The notes under the pieces are model-generated. The model saw only the letters and a list, made by a program, of their open reading frames with translations, was not told the origin of the DNA and did not search any database. 39,483 nt of DNA, from contig KZ538992.1 in the NCBI GenBank assembly GCA_000934665.2, positions 1-39,483 on the forward strand, read 5' to 3'. Origin of the DNA: Catajapyx aquilonaris (lineage: Eukaryota). Shown here piece after piece: positions 21,401-33,400 of the stretch. Position 1 is the stretch's first letter; every line of letters begins with the position of its first letter. Both the position numbers and the translations under genes were made by a program.

Positions 21401-24400
21401 CACAGGCAGACTTAATTACCTCTTGAATGCCTCAGTGAATCAACAGATCTGGAGCGCCTTCTACTGAGGCGACTGGAGGGCTTCCTAAGCAGGAAGTCCT
21501 GTAAAGCTGATGAAGAAGTTCTGCCATCCTGCTGACACCCACTCTGGGTATGGGAAGAATAACCAGTCTTCACACCTACTCCACCACCAGCTGGGTGCAA
21601 GGACACTCCACCAGAGACTGCCACTGTATCCCTTCTCTCTGCGTGATGAGCCCTCCCTCCCCCACCTCTGTTCACTCCACCAGTGGTCAGGTTGTTTTCA
21701 CTAAGGCTTCGGACCAATGGACTGTGATGGTGGTCATGGCCAGAATGGTAGTGTTTAGAGGTTGCTTGAGGACTCAAAGTCTTTGGCGACGTGTCTCCAG
21801 AACTGTAGCGCTGCTTCCACATATATGGGCTGCTTCCTTGCTGGTGGAAGGACACTGTGGGTATCCCTGCCAAGCAGAGGGACACAGAGCTGATATAGTG
21901 AATTAGATTAAGGTTTCCAGTATACTGAAACATGCCACATTTATTATGGTAATGATACTGAAATTTGGTACTGTATGTGGTTGGGCAAAGTATCCTTTCT
22001 TGCACCATCCCATGTTCCAATAAATAGCCAAAAAAATGTGATCCATTACTCTTGGTGAGTCTCAATTACTTGATAATCAGAATCCCCAGAGATACAAGAA
22101 TAATAGACCTGACAAAGTTAGAACTAGTCAAAAATCATCATCATCATCATCATCACAACATTTCCCTATAAGGGGTAGTCAGCGATGACGGGAGCTACAA
22201 GCTTACCCAAAATATGAACTAAAACTTGTAAAAATAAACCTATAAACAACCCCCCCCCCCNNNNNNNNNNNNNNNNNNNNNNNNNNNNNNNNNNNNNNNC
22301 CCCCAAAAAAAAAAGAGAAATCAGCAACTGTTAAACTCCTTCAAGTGACTAGAATATTCTCCTCCAAATGACCAGAACATCCACAGGCCAGCAAGAAGAA
22401 CCAGCATATGGAAATCCACACTCGAACTGCAAGTGCTGTGCAGGAGAGAGAGAGAGGCAGACACCCTTGCAAGCATGACTACCGGTGTCTACCTATGCAT
22501 TACTATGCAAGAGATATCAGCCAACCTTGTAGTTCTGCACAGCACCCAGAGCCTGAGCATGAACTTCCAGACGCTGACTCCTCCCACCAACCTGCAAACA
22601 TTTTAGCCATTCGGAAGAATTCAATGGACACTGCCATTCCTCACAAACCAGTGAATATTCTACCCATTAATTAACCTATGCCATTTACACCTATCCAAAC
22701 AAACAACCTTAGTCTCATCCACGTCCATGGTCCTATTGACACATGAACGTCTCGGCTTAATACTAGCAACACCCGCAAGACACTGACCCACCCGGTCCAA
22801 CCATGTCTTCCTAGGCCTACCCTTGCCCCTCTTACCAACTACTCCACCCAAATAAACCTTCACAATCTCCTCCTCCTTCATCTTCTCCACATGGCCAAAC
22901 CACCTTAGAGTAGACCTACACACCTTATCTTTAACAGTCTCATTAACATTGCACCTCGGCAAAATCTCCTCATTCCTAATCCTATCCAACTTGGTTACCC
23001 CACAAACAGCTCGGAGATAACGCATCTCTGTAGCCAACACCCTACTCTTATGCCTATCTGACCAAACCCACGCTTCACTACCATACATAAGTGAAGGAAC
23101 AATAACGTGAGAATAGACAGACAACCTACAGGCAGAAGATAAGTCCTTATTTCTAGAAAACTTACTTGTGGCACCTATCACTTTCAACCCAGAACTAACT
23201 CTCCTGTCAATCTCCCCATCCATTCTACCATTACTCTCAAGGACACTACCCAGGTATACAAACTGGTTGACCTGCTCAACCAGTTTTCCTCGTACCTGCA
23301 TCATACAAGGAGAAACCTGCTGTCCTCTCTCAAATGCCAATACCTTAGTCTTATCTACGTTATTCCTCATACCCCTCTTTTCACAAACATTATCTAACTT
23401 GCATAGGATCAACTACTGTAAATCAGCCTCACTCTCCGCCAGAAAGGCAGAATCATTTGCATACAGCAAGTGACTAACTAACTCATCACCAAACTGCATT
23501 CCTACACCTTTAATCATTGCTTCCCTTACACATGCATCTAAGTACAAGTTAAATAACCAAGGAGACATGACACAACCCTGCTTAACCCCAACACTAATGT
23601 TAAACCAGTCAGAGAAACCCCCACTAGTTCTCAGGCACCCTCACAGTGGCAGGAGTATGGTGAGAAGGATGCACCACTTATACGAGGGGTAGTGGTACTA
23701 CGTGGACAGATTGGTGGTGGTGTCTGAGTTGAGGTGATGACTCACCCGAGACAAACAAACACTGATTATTATCAGTTGTCTAGTTTTGGCAACTAGTTCA
23801 ATAGTTAAATGAAAAATACCTCCTGTGACATCTCACCTGAATTTACGGAATTCCCATCATCCCCTGCGCTACCAATTGCTGCGCTGTCTCCTTTTTCAGA
23901 CATACCCTCACTTCCCCTACGGCCAGAGACTGAGGAAAAACTGAGTCTGGATTCTCCAGGTCCTTGCTTCCCTCTCCTCTTCTTGGCCTTTTGCTCTGTC
24001 AGCCGGTCCAATGGAAGGTCCAAGAGATCCAGATTGTATACATGTCGGGCCAATACTCTTGTCAGGGTCTCAAGAGTTTTCTAAAGGAAAGAAAAATTTG
24101 CATTAGCATAGCTTCCTAGTTACAAATTCATGTCTGTCTCTTCAAAGGACTTTACTTGATAAGCACACATACCGCCCACTCCCTGATCAATTCTTCCCAT
24201 TGTGTAAGGGAGGAGAGCACATGAAGAAACTGGTCCCACAACTCAGTTGAGATTACAACGTTGAGGTTGGCTTTTATCCAGGTAACTATCAGTGTCTAGG
24301 AAGAAAAACAGTCAAGATGTAGCACATGAACAGGACATTATTAATGTGAGGAATCCTCGGCCAGCCTGATATCTAACTTTGAGTCAGGCTGAGGCAAAAA

Positions 24401-27400
24401 CCTCTGAATTTCATATAGGTGACCCTAGAATTTGTGACTACTCTCTATGCTACAAGAGAAATCACTATTGTCACCAATTTTATTACGCATGGTGTTGCAA
24501 TGCACAAGTTGGCAATTCAGAACAAGGAAAATTGCCCTGAAATGTACTTGAAACAAACCGCTACTATTTTAATTGGTACCTTATGTAAACAATCTGTAAT
24601 TTCTTTGCTGATTCCCCCCCTCCTGTACTCGAAACTTGGGAAGCGCACCACCCTGCATAAATACCTGAGACATTCCAGAATATTCAGTATTGAAATACAC
24701 CACCTGGAATATAGCAGGTGCTAGTCTACCTCCCAAGGTGTCCTCTCTTTTTCTCGGTGGAGTCTCACTAAGGATGAGTGATGTAACTTGAAGTAGCACA
24801 AGTAGTAGTTGTTCCCTATGGAAAGTCAAAATACCTGCTTCAAGGAATTTCAATAACAAATTAAGCTGCCTTACCATGTCTTCTGTTCCATCCTTGTGTT
24901 CATCACCATGAAGCGATAAATGTTCAAAACTCGCTTGCACATGTCTACTTGATCGTCTAATAACATCGGCTGTTCTGGACCAACTTCTAACAAAAACACA
25001 TTTGCAGCATTTGTAATAAATACTTGCAGCAAGTGCTGAAAAATAAAGTATAGCATGAGATAAACTCACATTTACTGCTAACCTCAGTCAATATGACACA
25101 ATCAATTAATTCATTCAACTACACAGCATGAAAGTACAATTACATATTAGGATGCATAACAATGCTATAAATTAGTAGTGAAGAATGTTTTTAATGAGTC
25201 ATAGAATCAAGGCATATTGAGTCTTCATTTAGGAATTAGTACTACAATAGTTTTACTAAGAAATCACACTGCAGTGAGAAATCCAGTAAATATTATGTGC
25301 CCTGACTGTACCCCATTTATGAGTCCTGTGCAAAAATTCATAATTTTTCCACACTTTAATCTATAAGGTATTGTCCATTATGTCATTGCAAACGTTCCAG
25401 GTCCTCTGACACCAAAATTAAGTCTATTTTATATTGTTAAATAAGTTTATGCCCATTACAAAGCATGTCAGTCATACTCTGTAGGTTACCCAGTGCACCT
25501 AAGGGAAGTTGTTAATTACTAGTTGAAGAAGGTTCGCATTACATAGGCATCATATGAGTGTTGTGATTATACAGTGAAACACACATATACTGGGAAATCA
25601 CTCCATTCCATAAAAATTATCCGTAATGGGCAATTTTCTGCTGTATTGAACAATACTACACTAGGAAAAAAGAATTTAAGGTACATTAACTTGTCTCCAA
25701 TTGGATGCCCCAATCTATGTGTCCCTTACTAGTCACCCTTCCATTCGGCAGTGCACTCATTGGCCCAAAACAAGTCGTAAATGTAGGGAGGAGAAATGTC
25801 GAGGCAGTAACCGGTAATGAGATAAACGATGATCAAGATGAGGTCGCCCCTAAGACAATCACGGCCACCCACCCACCTGCTTTTGTGTGGTGTGCGGGAG
25901 TAGCAATTTCGAGGTATGTTACACAGAAGCTTGTCTTTATTTCAGGACTTCATCCTGTTTTCTAAGAGATTTTAAGAACCGTGTGATTTTTCAAAACTTA
26001 AAGGTGCGTTTACATGTGCGCGATGTCATCGCCTAGCGATAACAACGCCGAGTTATAACAACACTCAGTAACCTGAGTACCAAGTATTGTTTGAGGCAAA
26101 ACTTTCACCTCAAACAATATTGGTTACTCAGCGATGACATCGCAAGATCAAATCGCTCACATGTAAAGGCACCTTAATACTGTACACAATTTGTAATATT
26201 TCCAATTGATATCTGGTACTTCTGCTGAAGAACCAGACAACTGCCTAGAATCTGAGAAATAACCATTTAGACAGCAATAGGAAATTAGCAGTGACTTTCT
26301 ACACATGAAAATGTAACAAAAGCAACAGTAATAATTAATAATCTTATTACATTTGGAAAATTCTCCACCTAAATGGGCGACTTATATTCAAAGTATAGTT
26401 TCATCTTTAGAGTCATTCCAATGAAGAATGCCAATCAACACGGATGTTTTTAAATGCAAGTGCACCTTGAACATGTAGTCATATGGGAGACACGTAGCAT
26501 ACGAAAAAATGTATCCATGCCACCTCACCTGCAAACCTGCTCTGACATGCAAATGCTCCTTATGGATGGCACCAAGGTAGGAGTCATTGCGCAAACGACC
26601 CAAACGACTTGGTTCATTTCCCTCTGCTCCCTGCACAAAAAGGCAGGGCTTCAGTTTAGTTTTTCTTATTACTCAACTGCCTCCTTCCCGTTGCTCTTTA
26701 GATGAAAGCTACAGGGACCACTCAAAAAGTTTTATATAACCAAGAAGCAATGAACCTACATGAATGAAAATATACCTGCACATGTTTCCAACCATAAAAC
26801 ATGCCCTGATGCAATCTCATAAATATCTGTATGTTGAGATCAGCTGCCTTGGGAAGGTGACCCTTCCTGACATGGGTCTAAAGAAACTGGAGTTACGTGT
26901 CATGATGAGTTCTTGATGATGGAAGGAAAAAGGCACCTAATGTTCATCAGAGGACAGTGGTTGTATCAGTGTTCGAAATTGGGATACATAGGCAGGTCGC
27001 CAGTGGCACCTGAAATGTAGGGCATGGTCGCCAAAACTGTATGTCTAGTCGCCATTCTTTTATTTTATTATATACCATTACTGTTCCATAGCACAAAATC
27101 GCCTATGGTTATAGTGTACAGCGTTAATATGCTTCACAATTCAGAAGCATATTTTAGTATTTTACCAACTGCTTCTTTTTAGACATGGAACTGTAATAAT
27201 AGGCTACACAAATCACATCAATGATGGATTCACTTTGTTCCTCGGTGTTGCTTTTATGCTGGCAGACTCCTCTTCTTCCTCGTCAGCTGGTTTTTTGACT
27301 TTGGCAATGCTACTGCCCACAAAAAAAATCCGAAATCTTCCGTTTTGCCATTTTCCTCGGGAGAGCACTTCTCGAGTCCGATCCGCCTCTCTTGCCGACT

Positions 27401-30400
27401 GCGACTCGAAATCAGTCGAAAAACTATCAAAGACTATTTCGAAACTTCTCTTTCCCCCCCCATCCCTCCCCCCCCATCCCCCTCAACCCTCAAGGCCTCA
27501 ATGCACTCATGACTTATACCGGTCATCGACCTTGGACCTTCTTCACCACACCTTCCCTGTTCCCTCCTCCTAATTATGTCCATCCTGTCGCCTGTCCCGC
27601 TTTCCCCTCCTCTACATCTGGCTGTGACCCCGCGTAGCCGAGTCCTTCCTGCTATCCTGCAACCTTATTTACCCCAACTTGGAACTTGAACTTGACCCCC
27701 GGAGTGAGGACCCCAATAAATACCAGGCGCGCTTCATGATAATGAGCCACCAACAGAATCAGCACTGCAGGAACGAAATTGAAAATACGAGGCAGAAATA
27801 CAGTACTGGGAGGGAAAGCTAGTAGCCAAAGTGGCAACTAGCCATCTTTATTCGGTATCGCCAATGGATAACCCAAAGTCGCGAAATGCGACTGGCGACC
27901 GGTTAATTTCAAACCCTGGGTTGTATACCACAAAAAGTCTCTTCTCCCAGTGCTCCAGGTGTTCCTGAGCTTAAGTGACTTCATGTCTCCTCCTCCCTAG
28001 CATTCAGCATACCGAGAACCCAATGTTAGCTGACTTTACGCACAGAAGGTTGTTCTTGAATAATGGTCATCAAATTTCCACAGAAATATCAATTGCCGGG
28101 GAGATGAAGTGGCGTCGCGGTAACGCGTGCGCCCACGGATATGAAGGTTCCGGGTTCAATCCCCACCCGGGGTTCCCACCTTTATCCGTGCAGAGTTGGG
28201 CCATCTCTGGCTTCATTTCGGGTGGCAATTTCCAACAGACTAAGCCACCCGGGGGAGTTCACAAAATTACCAATTAACGACAGCGCACATGCACTTCGCA
28301 CATCCCCTCCCACCTACCCTTGGAGTACACTAATAATATCCTTCTTAATTCCCTCCAACAAATCCCGATGGTGGTAATTCCACCCCCCCCCCTAAGGAGT
28401 AGATAGCTCCCCCCGTGGGGTTGGCTTTCAGTAAAATGTTGTAATGCCTCCACCAGTACTGGTTTTGTCTGTTGGTTGTGGCATCATTGTGGTGAAAGCC
28501 ACCACCCTCCAATGAACTTCAGAAGTGGTATGCCTTCCTTTGCCAAGAACTTCATTATTCAGGCTCATGATTAAACTGGAGGGGGGTCACCTTTAAACGT
28601 CTGCTAATCTCAATATACTGACTCCATTTGAGTCGAGTTGCATCAGGGCACTTTTCATGGTTGGAAATACATGCCTGCTTATTTGCATGTGTGGGTTCGG
28701 TGCTTTCTAGTCAGGCATTAAAATATTTGAACACCCCTCGTAAATGAAGAGTGGGATTTCCTTCTTGCACAAACATTGGCTTGGTACTGGCAAAAGCCAC
28801 TTGCATGTTAGATACCCACCCCGACAGCAGCTTGAGAGGCAAAGGTAATTTTTTTAGTGGCAAACTTCTAAAGCATGCATGCAGGCTGAAAGAGTGCACT
28901 TTTTGATGCAAACAATCATTGTAAATGCACAGATCTCTGGAGGTTATTCCAAATTGACTGCACAGACTAACACTAATCACCTCTACGCTGCTTCCTTCTG
29001 CTGATCCTGAAGAAGTTCTCGTATGGAATCCATGTTCCTCTCGACAGGCATATTCCAATGGTTCAAGCATGAAAGGTGGCAATTCAGGAACCTGATATAA
29101 AATGGATTATTCTCTACTTGTAGTGAACAAACGATTAGAAATCACCATAAGAGACCATTATATTGTGTAATCATCAAAATCCAGTGAAGCAAAAGGTATG
29201 GGGCTCCAATTCCAGGTGCTTCCAAGACAAGAAAGAAACGGACTATACAGGGTGGCGATAAAGTCTGGAACCAATGGCGGTATTGTTTTCTATTACAGGT
29301 GAGCTGATGAAATATGACTGAGTAGTGTTAATTATTCTTTGTGGGCGAGAGGGATGGACTCAGAGGGAAGTGCTGTCTGATTTCAATAGAAGACATCCAG
29401 AGAGCCATAGTGCAGTTGGAAAATTGCTAATTGGCTCATTGACATCTCCAGAAGTCTCCTATTGAACTTGGCAGCCACTTCCCTCTGCCTCCATCCCCCT
29501 GCCTCCATCCCCCTGTTCCCATACTTGTCTTCCACAAGGAAGAATTAACACCACTCGATCATTTTTCATCAGTGCCATAGCTCACCTGTACTCAGAAAAC
29601 AATAGCTCCATTGGTTCCATACTTCATGGCCACCCTATAAAACTGAACACCTGCTGGCAAAATATCTGTTCCAACGCTTAGATACAGAATTTAACAAAGA
29701 AAAAGGAAAAGTGCAAGAGAAGGCAAGAAAACACCTACATTCATTTGAATCCAATCCTTGTACACGGCTATGACTTTTCTAATTGCTGGCGAATGGGAAA
29801 AGTTAAGCAGGAAGGCTTGTCTGTAAACTTCATGGACAAAGTTCACATTTTCCCGACTGCTATAGAGGACCTCCCTCACAATATCACCAGACATTGTGGC
29901 TTGACTTTCACTGTAAAATCAATGAAACAAACAAAAGATCAGCTTTGATATGCATGATACATGCTTAATAGCCCACAAGGTAGCCACTTAGATTGAAGGT
30001 GTACACCAGTTTCCTGACACTGTCAGTTATGGATGCTTTCGGGTGGTTTCTGCACAAAGCTGTACACCGGTTTCTCGAAGTGGCTACCCCAATGATAACA
30101 GCAGAAACTTGGAAGACTGGGGAAGACTTCAAATTCTAAAACTGTAGTGATTATTTGCATTTTCAAAAAATTATCCTATCACTCAAGCTTAATCAATCAC
30201 AGGTGGTTCTTGAACTCCGAAGTTAATGTCGTAAGCATCTGACATGCATGAAAAATGCTATTTTGTAAATGAAGACAATGGCAGAAATGTACAGTGTTAT
30301 TCTCAGTCATGAGTTGGAGGACCATTGCAGCATTGGTGTGACCCACAGGTTGCTACATCTTTGGTGTGCCATAGGAATGTGCGATTTTTGACACTATTAG

Positions 30401-33400
30401 GCCTCTTTCATCAATGGTCGACAAACCAGAAGCAGAAAATGGTGGAAATTACTCTTTACAGACTGGAATAGTGCAGCACCTTCTTAATTGCTTACAAATA
30501 ACTTGCATGAACATGGGACTTATGTGGTGCGTTACGATTACGAATGCACATGGCTACCGAATTTTGTTTCAGTTCTCAACTGCCAAAATACTTTGATGCT
30601 TACTTCATTGCACCTAAGGACATACTGTATGATGCTATCTGTTATCACTTGCCTATGTTGAAAGTTGTTGTTATTATTATTATTATCATTATTATTATTA
30701 TTATTTATTTCCCTTCTTAAGGTACAATATCTTTTTGAGGGGGTTGTCCCTTTTAATTATACAGCCTATGTTGAAAGTTCAATTCATGCAATGGGGACAT
30801 TTTGAGATCACATGCACCATTCCCATTTTAACCCTGTCTCCTGCATGCCGCATTTGTAGCACTATATTGCAAAGTATGTAATATTTTTAAATTTCTACAC
30901 AATGACGCACAATTCAAACCCTTCAAATAAGTGGAATAATATGCCGAGGGCATAGGGTTAATATGCTGCAGAATGACACAGCACCAAATTTGACTGGTCT
31001 ACTAGTACATGCAATTATAAAGATACTTTTACACATTTGAGTGGCTAACTTTTCAATGTTCATTTTTTGCAATATATTTTTTCTGTTCATTTCCCAAACA
31101 CTTGAAAACAGGTACCTGATATGCCAGTCTACTTACGAAACACTCGGTACAGAAGCAAGAGATTCTCTTTCACCAGTCGACACACTAGAATGAAAACTAT
31201 CTCCATGGATAGAAGAATCCGATGGTAGTTGCACATGTCCTTTCTTCGCTTCTCCCTCTTCCACAGGCAAGGAACTGAAAAATCAGGCAAACACGAGTTA
31301 CTTGACAGATTTACCACAATCGTGGTTTCATATCGTACCTGGCCAAGTAAGAGGAACTGACATGGTGCATCTCTGACTTGCATGTCAAGTGTGTGAACAT
31401 CGCCACCCATTTGATAACCACCACCTTGCAGGACACAAATGAATCCCCACTTCCTGAACCATCAGCAGACTTGAATTTCCTTATCTCAGGGAGATCTGAT
31501 TTATAATTGGTACAATAAGAACCCTTCCTTGAATGCATCGTAAATGTTTTAGCAAGTTATAAGCATACCAAGACAAAAAAAAAACACATACCTAGAGCTG
31601 GTTTATAAAGGCTTGCAGTCCATGAGAAGTCAGGAAAAATGTAAGGCAAGTAATACTTCTTGAATTTTTCAAACAAAAAATTGAAGCTTTTTTGCTGTTT
31701 GGGAACTGAATCTCTCCAACTCACTTTCATAACCTAGATATGTTACAGATATATTATTAGAATGCTGCTGATATGTCCTCACCACATCAGCCAACTTTAC
31801 CTGAGAAACCATTAAATCCATCAGGCACTCCAGAAAAAACCTGGTAGAATCTTCTGGTTGTTTCTCCCCACTATTTGGTGGTACAACTGGGCAAATTTCC
31901 ACAGAGCTCACAGGTACTGCAAATATCAAATATTCACTCTAAAGTAAACTAACCAATATTATGAAGTTTTACTTACCATGGTTCCCATCATGAAAAACAG
32001 ATGCAGCAGTCAAGCCAGAACCTTTCCCAAGGGCAGGAATCCCTTCTCCAGGCAGTGGAGATGGAAATCCAGGAACCAATGTGGCAAAGATGGCATGAAT
32101 CGTGTCTGGAGCTTGCTCACCTAAAGCTTGATACCACAGCAAAAATAACCTGAAAGAGACATATTGTTGTATCATCACCTCTATCATGCCAATAAAAAGA
32201 ACAATTCAAGAAGTGAATATGATATTCATAAAAATAATTTTTTCCAAAAGAGAATTCGGAAAATAAGTATCCCTCATAAATCCTCTTTGCATGGTGTGCC
32301 TCAGTTCTCCCGTCTTCATTGAAGAATGCACATAGTGTGTTCAACTGAAGTAGCCAGCAGTTGGCAATGTTTTGAGACTAAGCTCCCTGTTATTAATCAA
32401 ACCTTTGCCAGAACCAATTCACAACAGCTTTTGCCATTTTTGAGGGGCATTTCTACTGCAGGTATGGTCACCTTCGCACTCCTTACAATGTGGACTGGGC
32501 TTAACCTTACCTCATAGCCTCTTGGCGCCATTTCAGAGAGTTCCCAGGATGAAGTAGCTTCTTGAGAATGCGGGTGAGACTATGGCACTGCCACTTGCAC
32601 TGAAGTAGCTCAGGAAGGAGTGTGAATATCTTCTCCAACAAGTGCAATACAGCTTCAAGTTCCTCCCTGTGTGCCTTATGAACTGGAGCACCAAAAAAAT
32701 AAGATCAATTACTTCAAACCTCTTTGAGGCAACAACATCAATGGCAATGTCACAAACATTTCACCCATTTCATTCAACTGTTGCCCTTTATGCACTGATG
32801 CCCCAAGTTTTAATGAGTTTTGGCCAGTTAATTTGAATGTAGACTTACACAAATTGTACTGTACTTGAGCTTCATACTTGTTCTCATCTCTTTCACAAGC
32901 AACACTCACTCCACAAAGAAAGAGGACATTTTCACAACTTGACCCTCTGGCATAGGGGTTGTCAGAACTTCACATCTGAGCTCCACTTTCCAGACTCTCT
33001 GTCCACAGCATTCATCATGCCACCTCTTACTGATATACCAGTTTTACTAGTGTAGTTTAAAATGTGATGAGCTCCTTTAAGTAGCCCTGGTGTCAAGGTC
33101 TGGCATCTCTCTATAGGTCTCATTTTACACAAGTCAACTACAGAAGTTACCCCAGTCTTGAGAATCAATGTTACTTTAAATACTACAGTGCATACATCGT
33201 TCATTACATCAGCCACGCATGCTCCTTCAGTCCACAACTTTACTGCAGTGAAGCTTGTACTGGAAGGCCATGAAGAAGTGTCCTACTTATAGCAATGGAA
33301 TAATTACATCAATGAAGCAACTGTTAATCCAAATGCACCCAAGCCTTCCATGCTCCATACCTCATGTGCTTATCAACCACATACTATACAGCTTTTATTT

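Noticed and set aside
23820..23836. Alternative donor GAG|gtattt at 23820
   Set aside because: Phase 0 is incompatible with the phase-1 acceptors of the next two exons
32910..32947. Possible micro-exon (ccag...GA|gtgagt)
   Set aside because: Its length breaks the phase 1-1 requirement between the flanking exons
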